A stretch of DNA of 63,886 nt, counting the filler, from Folioceros fuciformis (lineage: Eukaryota): NCBI GenBank assembly GCA_049999805.1. It is 8 parts of 8 records of this genome, joined end to end, with 100 filler letters (N's around TTAATTAATTAA, not from the genome) between each part and the next. Parts side by side here need not be neighbours in the genome. Positions count along the whole stretch, not along the records: positions 1 to 25,469 come from JBNGIO010004527.1; 7 more parts are not named here. The stretch is one strand, 5' to 3'. Positions 10,037 through 20,394 of this stretch are shown one piece after another. Within the stretch, counting starts at the first letter, position 1; every line of letters begins with the position of its first letter. The notes below the pieces were generated by a model that was given only the letters and a program-made list of their open reading frames with translations, was not told the origin of the DNA and did not search any database. The position numbers and the translations under genes were made by a program.

Positions 10037-13000
10037 TCAGCAATGCCTCATCTCGCCGACCAAAAAGCTATGAACCAGTCCGTCCATATCCGTCCACCAA
10101 CTCTGACCCGGCTGTTTCCATGCCCTCATGCTTTTCCTCCAGGCCTGCATCTCTATTCTTTGCTCCCACATCTGGACACCGGTGTATATGTTCGACATCA
10201 ACATGTATGCTGAGACATCTTTCTTGTCTAGTTTGACTGCTTCATCAAAGGCATGGCGACCTACGTTCACGTTATTCCACTTCCGACAGGCACCCAATAG
10301 AGTGTGCCAAACTGCAGAGTTAGGGAGTACAGGCATTGTCCTGACTACGGATAGTGCCTCCTCCAGTTGCCCTGCGCGACCCAAGAGATCAACGATGCAT
10401 ACATAGTGGTCTACTGTGGGAGTGACATTGTACTCCCGGCCCATAGCCTTGAAATACTCTTGCCCCTTGTTCACCAGACCCGTATGATTACACACGCTTA
10501 GTAGACACAAGAACGTGATGCCGTCTGGATCGATACCATCCTCGCCCATTCTGGAAACCAAGTCAAAGACTTCTTCACTGTTACCTTGACGGGTGTACCC
10601 TGCAATCAGTGCATTCCAGCTAGAAACGTCTCGTTTGGGCAGCGCCTCAAACACCTCCATTGCATCGGCCATGCTACCACACTTCCCATACATGTCTATC
10701 AAACTGCCTGCTACGAGGACATCAGCTTGGAGCCCTTGTTCTTTGATCTGTGCATGAAGCTGCTTACCAAGATGCAAAGCTGCAACACTTCCGCATGCCT
10801 GAAGGAGGCCCACAAATGTGACGGAGTTGGGTGCGACAAGGCCCTCTGATAGCATCTCCTTGTAAAGACACAGAGAGTCCTGACCCATCCCCTGCTGGGA
10901 ATACCCTGCTATCATAGCACTCCACGTTACAACATTTTTTTGGCCAAGTCCATCAAACAAGATCCGTGCATCCTCGAGACTGCCACACTTGGCATACATG
11001 TTCACCAAACTACTGGCTACGAACACATCGGCTAGCAGGCCTTGTTGTTCTCTGATATGTGCATGGAGCTGTTTTCCCGTCTCATAAGCCGGGGTACCCA
11101 CACTTGCGCATGCCTGTAGGAGGGAAACAAATATCATAGGATCAAGTGCAGCCATGCTCTCTGCTTTCATAGCCCTGTAAAGCTCCAGGGCTTCTTGCCC
11201 CATGCCATGTTGGGAATAACCTGCAATCATAGCACTCCATGTCACCAAAGTCTTTCCACAAATGCTGTCAAACACGACCCGAGCATCTTTTAGGTTCCCA
11301 CACTTTGTGTACATGTTTACCAAGCTGTTGGCAACAAACACATCGGCCTGGAGCTGTAGTTCTCTAATTTGTGCATGAAGCTGCTTTCCCATCTTCAAAG
11401 CTGGGGTGCCCACACTTGCACATGCCTGCAGGAGGCAAACGTATGTCACAGAATTCGGCGCAGCTAAGTCTTCTTCTTGCATAACACTAAAGAGCTCGAG
11501 AGCTTTCTTCCCCAGACCCTGCTTAGAATATCCGGCTATCATGGCACTCCAGGTCACCACATCTTTCTGAGGAAGAGCCTTAAATACAGAGTCAGCATCC
11601 TCTAGGCTCCCGCACTTGGCATACATGTCTACCAAACTGCTAGCTACAAACATATCAGCTTGAAGCCCTCGTTCTCTGATATGTTTATGAAGCAGCTTCC
11701 CTTGCTCCACAGCCGTACTGCCAACACTTGCACATGCCTGCAGGAGTGACACAAATGTCACAGAATCGGCTTCAACCATGCCTTCTTCTTGCATAGCCTT
11801 GTAAAGATTAAGGGCTTCATGCCCTATACCCCGCTGGGAGTACCCCCCTATCATAGCATTCCAGGTCACTACATTCTTTTGACCAAGTTTGGAAAAGACA
11901 CTCCAAGCATCGTCTATGCTCCCGCATTTTGCATACATATTCACTAGGCTCCCACCTACAACCATGTCAGCCTCAAGCCCTTCCTTTCTAATCTGGGCAT
12001 GAAGCTGCTTCCCTTTCTCCAAAGCTGCAGAGCCCACACTTCCACATGCCTGCAAGAGGCACACAAACGTCACAGAATTGGCTGCTGCCGTACCGTCTTC
12101 TAGCATAGCACTATAAAGATGAAGGGCTTTCTCACCCATGCTCTGCTGGGAATATCCTCCTATCATGACATTCCAAGTTACCACATCCTTTCGAAGAAGT
12201 CCGTCAAACACTCTCTGAGCGTCTTCTAAGCTGCCACACTTTGCATACATGTCTACCAAGCAACTACACACAAATAAATCAGGCTCAACGCCACTAGCTA
12301 TCACATCAGCATGCACCTGCTGCCCAGCTTTCAAGTCTGCTTCTCTCGCACAAGCCTGAAGGGCTGCTACAAACACATGGCCATTTGGCTTCACTCTTGA
12401 CCTCCGCATACTATGATACAGCTCTATAGCCTTTCTGTCCTGTTCGTGCTTAGAATGAGCAGAGATTATGGCACACCACGTGAAGACATCTGGGTCGGCA
12501 ACCATAGAGAACACATCCATGGCCTCTTGCAACCTGGCATGAGAAGCATACATTCTCAAGATTTGATTGCACAGGAACGTATCTGAATCATACCCCGTCC
12601 TAACAATGAGAGCATGAATACAGCGACCCAAAGCCAGATCTTTCTTGGCCACACATTCCTTTAGGACCGTATACAAAAGAGATGTGGAGATATAGCACTC
12701 TGTGTGCACCAGAACTCCCATAGCCTCAACAGCCTCTGCCAGCTGCCCCTGCTCACATAGCTTGTGGACCGTTTCCACACTTACCCCTTTCCCGCAACCT
12801 GCGGGCCTTTGAGTGTCAAGAGCAGCCGGCACACTCCAGTTGGATATGGAGGCACGATGACCCATCTCCACATCCATGGCAACCAGCTGGTCATCCCGCC
12901 AAACGTGCCTGCAGAAGTTGTTCAGTCCGACGCCCTCCTGGCACTCCCCATGCTGCCGGTCAGACGAACAAGAACCGATCGAAGACATGCATCTAGCCAA

Positions 13001-13201
13001 ATATCCTCCTTGGTGGAGTGCCTCCCTTACGCACCTCGTGAAAATACATGCTTCACTGTTGCCCGACGGGTGGCTCCTTGATTTCGGCTGAACGAGTGCT
13101 CTTCCTGGCATGTCGGATAACCCTGCACTTCGTTGCGTCCAAAAATACTGGACCCCCATCGACTTTCTGTCCGGTTCGATTCCTACGCTCCAGACAGCCA
13201 T
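10037..13201 (-). CDS. PLS-class PPR protein, E1-E2 plus WW-type PG box, truncated before the deaminase core (E+); start codon uncertain
   Basis: Repeating P-L-S motifs (DVVTWNVMIGGY / NSVTFVCLLQAC / FVASSLVDMYAKCG) are followed by E1 (VWHTLLGAC) and E2 (SAYMLMSNIY). The protein ends KQPGQSWW...HSFLVGE with no HxE/CxxC. Confidence 0.92.
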   Translation of the reverse strand: MAVWSVGIEPDRKSMGVQYFWTQRSAGLSDMPGRALVQPKSRSHPSGNSEACIFTRCVREALHQGGYLARCMSSIGSCSSDRQHGECQEGVGLNNFCRHVWRDDQLVAMDVEMGHRASISNWSVPAALDTQRPAGCGKGVSVETVHKLCEQGQLAEAVEAMGVLVHTECYISTSLLYTVLKECVAKKDLALGRCIHALIVRTGYDSDTFLCNQILRMYASHARLQEAMDVFSMVADPDVFTWCAIISAHSKHEQDRKAIELYHSMRRSRVKPNGHVFVAALQACAREADLKAGQQVHADVIASGVEPDLFVCSCLVDMYAKCGSLEDAQRVFDGLLRKDVVTWNVMIGGYSQQSMGEKALHLYSAMLEDGTAAANSVTFVCLLQACGSVGSAALEKGKQLHAQIRKEGLEADMVVGGSLVNMYAKCGSIDDAWSVFSKLGQKNVVTWNAMIGGYSQRGIGHEALNLYKAMQEEGMVEADSVTFVSLLQACASVGSTAVEQGKLLHKHIRERGLQADMFVASSLVDMYAKCGSLEDADSVFKALPQKDVVTWSAMIAGYSKQGLGKKALELFSVMQEEDLAAPNSVTYVCLLQACASVGTPALKMGKQLHAQIRELQLQADVFVANSLVNMYTKCGNLKDARVVFDSICGKTLVTWSAMIAGYSQHGMGQEALELYRAMKAESMAALDPMIFVSLLQACASVGTPAYETGKQLHAHIREQQGLLADVFVASSLVNMYAKCGSLEDARILFDGLGQKNVVTWSAMIAGYSQQGMGQDSLCLYKEMLSEGLVAPNSVTFVGLLQACGSVAALHLGKQLHAQIKEQGLQADVLVAGSLIDMYGKCGSMADAMEVFEALPKRDVSSWNALIAGYTRQGNSEEVFDLVSRMGEDGIDPDGITFLCLLSVCNHTGLVNKGQEYFKAMGREYNVTPTVDHYVCIVDLLGRAGQLEEALSVVRTMPVLPNSAVWHTLLGACRKWNNVNVGRHAFDEAVKLDKKDVSAYMLMSNIYTGVQMWEQRIEMQAWRKSMRAWKQPGQSWWTDMDGLVHSFLVGEMRHC

Positions 13202-13635
13202 GGCTTGTAGGAGTACGCTGTGTCAATTTCTTTCTGGCATGCGCCCCCTCCGTATGACACACACGAGCGTGGACGAGAGGAGGACCCAGCTGGGGAAGCT
13301 GAAACGTGGTACTCGGTGGTGAGCGTGCCTATGTTCCTCCATTCCTAGCTGGGACAACGAAATGCAGGATATGGGGTCATTCGGTGTTGAGCCTTGCGAG
13401 TCCGGTGGCTCAGTTCCTAGGGGCACAGACATGGAAGCATCTGAAGGCACCTAGTTGGTGGAGCACGAAAGACCTTACACATTCTTAGAGCTTACAAATT
13501 TTAAGAATCTCCGAGCTCTGAGAATCAACAAGGTGTTTGGTGCTCCTCCTCCTAAGAATTCCCTCCTCGGCAGAATACAAGTGTTCACACAAGGAGGGAA
13601 ACTCCGTAAGGGCAGTCAACTAAAGGAAGTATGAC

Positions 13636-16183
13636 TCAGTGCCTGTCTCCACATGAACAGAACCCATTAACGAAGTGGTGAACACGGTGGGCATCTCTAA
13701 CGATTATTTCTCGATTTTCAATCCTGGACATGGCCTTGGTGCCGCTGTGGCAATCATCGCACATCCGGAGATTTTTTGTAACTAGCAAACTTGCACCATG
13801 TGGAGTGTTTAGCAGACCATACGCTAGAGCCAGTTTCTCAGCGTGTCCACACAGCACATCTTCCTTTTGTTCCTGAATAGCTGCATTTGGTGCCACCGCA
13901 ATGTGGGGAAGACTGCCTCGCTGTTCTTCCAAACGGAGGTTTACACTTGTAAGCTTGGAGGCGACGTCGTCCGCTTCTTCCCCTACCAGGAACGTATGGA
14001 CCTTACCTTTCACCTCGATCCAGGCTCTTGCAGGCAGCTTCTGGGCACCTGAAGACTTCCTTAATCTCTCTATCCCCTCAAAATCCCTCCAAACACCAGC
14101 ATTTGCGTAAATTTTCCCCAAGAGCACATACGCAGCTGAGTTTTGAGGTTCCAGTTTTGTAAGTCGTTCAAAACATCGCCTTCCCCTTCCGACGTCACCG
14201 TGGCTCTTGCAGGCATTCAGCAAAGACTTCCATCCGACGATATCTGCATCAGATTGTTGTGACAGGAGCATGTCTTCTGCCTCATCCAGATGGCCTGCTC
14301 GCCCAAGAAGATCAACCATGCAGTTATAGTGGTGGGATGAGGGCCGGATTCCATGCTTCTTCACCATGAGATTGAAATAGTGCTGACCCTCCTGTACCAG
14401 CCCTGCATGACTGCATGCCACTAGAAGACAAATGAAGGTAGCCTGATCGGGCTCGACCCCCTGCTGCTGCATCTCCGTGAAGCACTGCAGGGCTCTTACA
14501 CCATCACTACATTGGCTGTAGCCGTTCAGCAAAGCGGTCCATGTTACAACGTTTCTGGTAGGCAATCTGTCAAACACTCCGAGAGCATCCATCAAGCTGC
14601 CACATTTTGCATACATGTCCACCAGACTGTTGCCAACGGCAGAGTCTGCTTCCAGTCCTCGTTCTTGGATTTGAACATGAAAGTGCTTGCCCTGGTGTAA
14701 AGCTCCCACAGATGCACATGCGTTCAGGAGGCACACATATGTGACATGATCTGGAGCGATCATGCCTTCTTGTTGCATTCTTGCGTAGAAATTAAGAGCT
14801 TCTTGACCCAGCCCATGCTGACAATATCCTGAAAGAATGGCGTTCCAAGTCACAACACTTTTCGTGGGTAAGCTGTCAAAAACTTTGACAGCCTCTTCCA
14901 GCATCCCACATTTTGTATAACCGGCAATCATGGCACTCCCTGACACAGCATCCTTCGTAAGCAGATTGTCAAACGCTACACGAGCATCCTCCAGGCCGTC
15001 ACATTTCACAAACATGTCCACCAGATTCCTGCCAATCTCCTCATCCTTATCCAATCCCCTTTCCTGAATCTGAGCAAACAGCTGCTGCCCATGATCCAAG
15101 GCACCAGAGCTGGCACACGCTTTCAAAAGGGCTACAAATGTGTTGTGATTGGGAGCAGTCGCACATTCCCATTGCATACTTGCATACAGCTTAAGGGCTT
15201 CTCGACCAGACCCACAATGAGCATATCCTGAAAGCATGGCATTCCATGTGACAGTATCTTTCTTCTGCAAATTGTCAAACACTATACGGGCATCCTCCAT
15301 GCTTCCGCACTTAGAGTACATGTCTACCAAACAGGTGCCAACCACTAAATCCCCTCCAAGTCCAGCTTTCTCAATACTCCAATGAAGTTGCTTTCCCTGA
15401 TGTAACGCTTGGATGCTGGCACACGCCTTCAAGAGGGAGATGAATGTTACACGATTTGCTGGAATTAACCCCTCATTTTGCATACTCGCATACAATGCAA
15501 GGGCCTCTCGACCAGCTCCATGGCCAGCGTATGCAGTGAGCATAGCATTCCAAGAGACAACAGTCTTAGTTGGCATCTTATCAAACGCCCCACGAGCATC
15601 CTCTATGCTCCCGCACTTTGAATACATGTCAATCAGCGAGTTCCCGACAAATACATCAGGCTCGAGTTTGCTTCCCAACACATCAGCGTGAACCTCCCTT
15701 CCAGATCCCAAATCCGATGCACTGGCACATGCTTTCAAAACTGCCACAAAAATGTGATTGTTCGGTTGTACTGTTGTTTTCCGCATTTGTCGGTAGAGCT
15801 CCACAGCCTGCATGGGGTGCCCATGATCGGCATGTCCCAAGATAATGAAAAACCAGGAAAACACGTTCGGTGCAGCTAGCGTTGTGAACACATGTGTTGC
15901 ATCCTCCAACTGCCCATGAGAAGCATACATGCGGATGATGTGGCTGGCCAAGAACGTGTTCACCTCATTTCCGCTCCTCTGAGCAATATCATGAACTCGC
16001 CTTCCAAGCACCAAATCTTTTTTTTCAATGCACCCCTTGAGAAGACGGTAGAGAAGAGGCACCCCCACAGGCGATCGATGACCCAGTAAGAGCTCTGAGG
16101 CTTCAACTGCCTCACGAAGATGTCCATCATCACATAGTTTGCTTAAGGCACGAGAGTTCAACAAGCTGTTACTCCTGGATGAC
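13636..16183 (-). CDS. PLS-class PPR protein with complete DYW:KP / DRH-type deaminase-like domain (candidate U-to-C organellar editing factor); 5' exon not resolved
   Basis: A PLS array, E1 and E2 are followed by KLPARAWIEV...HTFLVGE, CGHAEKLA, KNLRMCDDCH and terminal CSCGDRH. A splice acceptor tttgcag|G at 16184 precedes the long ORF, which implies an upstream exon. Confidence 0.93.
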
Positions 16184-17049
16184 CTGCAAAGTGGAAAACC
16201 CTGTCAAACCCAGCCCAAAAGAAGGCTATAGCAACTCTCAGCGACCGGCTGAGTAGGTGGCCAACCTATCGGAATTTCTACCATCTCCACGCCTGAATTC
16301 AGGCTGGTAGGGTGCCCTACAGGCACCAGCAGTTTCCACTAGCTGTAGCTTCACCCATGCGTCGTTTGAATCAACCCACACCGCATCTTTTGATGTGCTG
16401 TCCACACAGTCCGGATACCTTGGGCTCCTCTGCAATTCCCACAAACGTCAATTTCTGAACAAAGGCTGAAACAGGCTTCAAAAAACAGGAATATGGCAGA
16501 GAGGGACCACCTTGTTCCACCCGCTGGCCCTCCAGTCAGAAGGATTTGCTCCAACCTTTTCCACTGCAAGGGAGCTGAACAGAGACACCTGACAGCCCCT
16601 CAGTTGAACCTCCAGAAGAAGAGGACTGATGCAAACTCTGATACCAAGCCTGCAGCATTGGGATAGCAACCTCAGCTCCCTCCCTTCGTCACGGAAGTCC
16701 CGAACGGAACTGAATTGGTGTTATCCTACCTCATCAGACCTGCTGTGCCAGCTCTGCCAGTACTTGTTCATCCACAAAGGTTCCCGTACACGTAGGTCCA
16801 CTGCACGCAACCTGGAACATGAGAACGAATGGACTTCCTCCCATCACCTACCCGACGTGATCAAAACACCGGGCGGGCTCCCCTCTTTTCAGCCGTCTTG
16901 ACAGCACTCCTGTCTTCATTTCATTTTTCCGGAACCTCACCGCCTCGACTCACAAAATCTAAACATATTTTCTTATAGTTGGAGGCGCGAAGGTGAGGCC
17001 TAAGCACTTGGGGAGCGAGCCAGGCGGGAGTAACAGTCTGGCACTCCAC

Positions 17050-17409
17050 ATGGCTGCGGCGCAGGGGCCTAGCAGGACGGCGGAACCTTCGCTCAAGCGG
17101 AAGCGCGGGCTCTTCGCCAAGGATCTGCGGCTTATGATGTACGGGTACGGGGACGATCCGGATCCAATTTCCGAGAGCGTGCTCCTGGTGGAGGACATTG
17201 TGGTGGAGTACATCACCGACATGATGCACAAGGCGCAGGATGTGGCCGCTCGCAGAGGGAAGCTGACCACCGAGGACATCATGTTCATGGTGCGCAAGGA
17301 CGCCCGAAAGTTTTCCAGGGTAAAGGAGCTGCTGGCCATGAACGAGGAGCTGAAGCGTGCCAGGAAGGCGTTCGAGGTGGATGAGGAAAAGCTGGCGTAC
17401 GAGGACTGA
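17050..17409 (+). CDS. TAF13: Transcription initiation factor TFIID subunit 13
   Basis: The sequence KRKRGLFAKDLRLMMYGYGDDPDP...LVEDIVVEYIT...RGKLTTED.MF.VRKD.RKF.RVKELL.MNEELKRARKAF matches the TAF13 histone fold. ATG is at 17050 and the coding region is a single exon. Confidence 0.95.
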   Translation: MAAAQGPSRTAEPSLKRKRGLFAKDLRLMMYGYGDDPDPISESVLLVEDIVVEYITDMMHKAQDVAARRGKLTTEDIMFMVRKDARKFSRVKELLAMNEELKRARKAFEVDEEKLAYED

Positions 17410-18089
17410 GAATGCAGCCCGCAATCCCCACCTTGTCTGGCACTGGATGAGGTGATACCCCGAGGAGCCTCTTCTACCCTATCAACCATCTTCCGGCTCC
17501 CGAAATACAGGTACCAGCAATTTGGCCACCCTACTGCCACCATTTACATCTTTTTCTCCGATGCCGTTGTGGAGTCATACTGCAGCAGTGTTCTTTGGTG
17601 TTGGGAGTGGAGTTCGAGAAGCCCCTGCCCGGAAGTGAATGCAACGACCGCAAAGGCCGGACAGGTGCCATGTATACGTACCACTAGGACAATCCTCGAG
17701 GCTTACCTATTAGAGGAAAGGGTTCCACCTTCTTACAACCTGACCATCCCGAGAATGAGCAAGGGGCAAGGAAGGTTGTTGGGGATGGGTACATGCAGTC
17801 ATAGTTGTAGTTGGGAAAGGATCAACTAGTCTTAGCTGGGATAGCAATGCACCGATTTTTAACTTTTTGAGTGCAAGCAATGCATGTTCATGTATCTCCT
17901 CCCAATTTGTAGACTGCCAAACGGCACGTCTACTACCAAAAACATTAGAACTTGATAATTCACTAAAATTTCTTAGTTTGTGATACTCAGTCTATTATAT
18001 ATTCATAATTATTTTAAGTTGTTATTATTTATTTATATTCTATTTATCATTGTTATTTTATTTACCAATTTATAGGGCAGGCTCACATG

Positions 18090-18760
18090 TATGGTAATAA
18101 ATATGAAACATTATTATATGGTAATGAACACTCAATATCTTATATTGTATGGTAATGAATGTTCAATGTCTTACGTTGCATGGTAATAAATACTCAATGT
18201 TTGTACAATGATCTGCTTATGCTCAGTTCATTGTACAATGATGAACACTTTTGTCAACACCTCGTTGCATGGCAATGAACACTTTGTCTATCAACGCCTC
18301 TTTGCATGGCGATCAACACTTTGTCTATCAACGCCTCGTTGCATGACAATTAAACACTTATCTATTAAGGCCTTGTTGTATGGTGATGAACACTTTGTCC
18401 ATCCACGCCTCGTTGCATGGCGATGATCACTTTGTTTATTAATGCTTTGTTGCATGGCGATGATCACTTTGTTTATTAATGCTTTGGTGCATGGCGATGA
18501 TCACTTTGTTTATTAATGCCTCATTGCATGGCGATCATCACTTTGTTTATTAATGCCTCGTTGCATGGTGATGATCACCTTTGTCTATCAACACCTCGTT
18601 GCGTCACTTTGTCTATCAACACCTCGTTGCGTCACTTTGTCTATCAACACCTCGTTGCGTCACTTCGTTGCGTCACTTTGTCTATCAGCACCTCGTTGCG
18701 TCACTTTGTCTATCAACACCTCGTTGCGTCACTTTGTCTATCAACACCTCGCTGCGTCTA
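18090..18760. repeat. Minisatellite with 37-bp units grading into 28-bp units
   Basis: The 37-bp unit atcactttgtttattaatgctttgttgcatggcgatg and the 28-bp unit cactttgtctatcaacacctcgttgcgt occur in tandem. Confidence 0.9.
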
Positions 18761-19054
18761 TAAACATACAACAATGTACACTCTATGCAACGCTTGGCGC
18801 ATGACGATGTACATTTTACATTTGTAGCATCCTCATGGCCAGCTTCCTTGCATGGCCATGAACATCGGTTGTCTATATATAGCATTCTACTAATGCTATT
18901 TATGTTCAATGCATTTTCTACTAATAGGTTAGATTGCATAGTGATGAACACTCAATGTCTGTAGCATGTTGCGGGGCGACTTATACGTGATGAGCGCTCC
19001 ATATCTATAGTGTTTAATGAAGTTGGGGGTAGAGCGGAGTATAGTGGAGTAGAC

Positions 19055-19205
19055 TTGATGTATGAACATTCAATTGTGGAGCACAATTGATCTATGAACA
19101 CCGGATTGAAGATGTATGAACATTCGATAGTGAAGCACACTTGATCTATGAACACCAGATTGAAGATGTATCAGCACAGTTGATCTATGAACACCGGATT
19201 GAAAG
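19055..19205. repeat. Short tandem repeat
   Basis: ttgatctatgaacacc(g/a)gattgaa occurs three times. Confidence 0.75.
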
Positions 19206-20394
19206 CACAAATGCTCGGTGATACTTGATCAAAGATAGAAATGTTCATTGGGAAGGTGATGTATGCTAGGTGAACACTTAAAATTCGTAGCATTCTTGTC
19301 ACAAGGCAATAACACTCATCAAAGGGTTGTACAACTCGGTTCGAGGCAGAACTGGTTGTAAGGTGATAAACAATAATTAACATTCAATGGCTTAGAATTG
19401 CTACATGAAAGGAAAGCCAAAGCCCACTTTGCTTGCTGTACCATGAAGTTCAGTGCTCAATCTATGTGCCTCTAAAGGGGTCTGTGTGCTAGCGTGCTGC
19501 ACTTGCAGCAGCAGGAGCGAGTTTAGCAAGTGGGGTAAGTGACACGACCAGCTAGAATAAATTGAGTCTTTTAAATTTACCCCCTGGATCGTCGTCGTCC
19601 ATTGGAATGGTGACGGTCTTGCAGCGGGACGAAGGCGGTTCCGTTGGCCAGCTGAACGGTTAGGAGGGAAATTTTGAGCGGCTCGTGGAGTTTTGCATGC
19701 ACAATAGCCGACGGCCGCCTGGGCACTGGGTGTCGAGTGCTGGGTAAGCTGAGGGCCGAGGCTGACATCCATCAGCTCATGAATGCGCAAATTCGTGCGA
19801 GCTTGTCAGCCGTCACGGACTTTCTTTGTTGCGAGCGTGAGTAAGCCAACGTCCAGTCCCAATCTGACCGGGGCTGCAAAAAAAGAGTCGGACTCCCAAC
19901 TTCCTGCTCCGGACCGGACCCTCTCATGGCTGTGCAAAGCCTGTGTGGGGTCGGCCTGTGTGGGGTCGACCTGTGCTGCTTTGAATTCAGATCACCAGGC
20001 CTGCGCTGCCGGAGATCGGACGTGCTCTTCGGTCTCGCCCTCGCGTGCTTGCTCTTCCCTCGATTTCATTGAGCCGCTCGCATGCGGAAGGACAAGCCGT
20101 GCTGCGCCTTTTCAGTTTGGTGTATCTCATTCCCCTTCTCGCTTGCGGAAGGACGTTGTCGATCCTTCCCTGCGCGAGAGCGGGAAATTTATTCTCGTCC
20201 GTACCGAAATATGTGATGATGAAGTCTAACTGCCTGCCGAGGACTCTGACGAGCTGGTGCTAGGGAAGGACTCGTCAGATTGACGTCGGACCCAGCTACT
20301 GCACATCCTGCTGCCTGCTGCCAGCTGCAGCGGACGTCGGGGTCGGCTTCCGCTTTGGCGAAGCTGCCAGAGGGCCTGGTGGCGCCGGATTGCG

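Noticed and set aside
18200-18760. CRISPR-like regular repeats (also 790-1215, 26820-27090, 61940-62110)
   Set aside because: They are head-to-tail minisatellites with no unique spacers and no cas genes, in a eukaryotic context.
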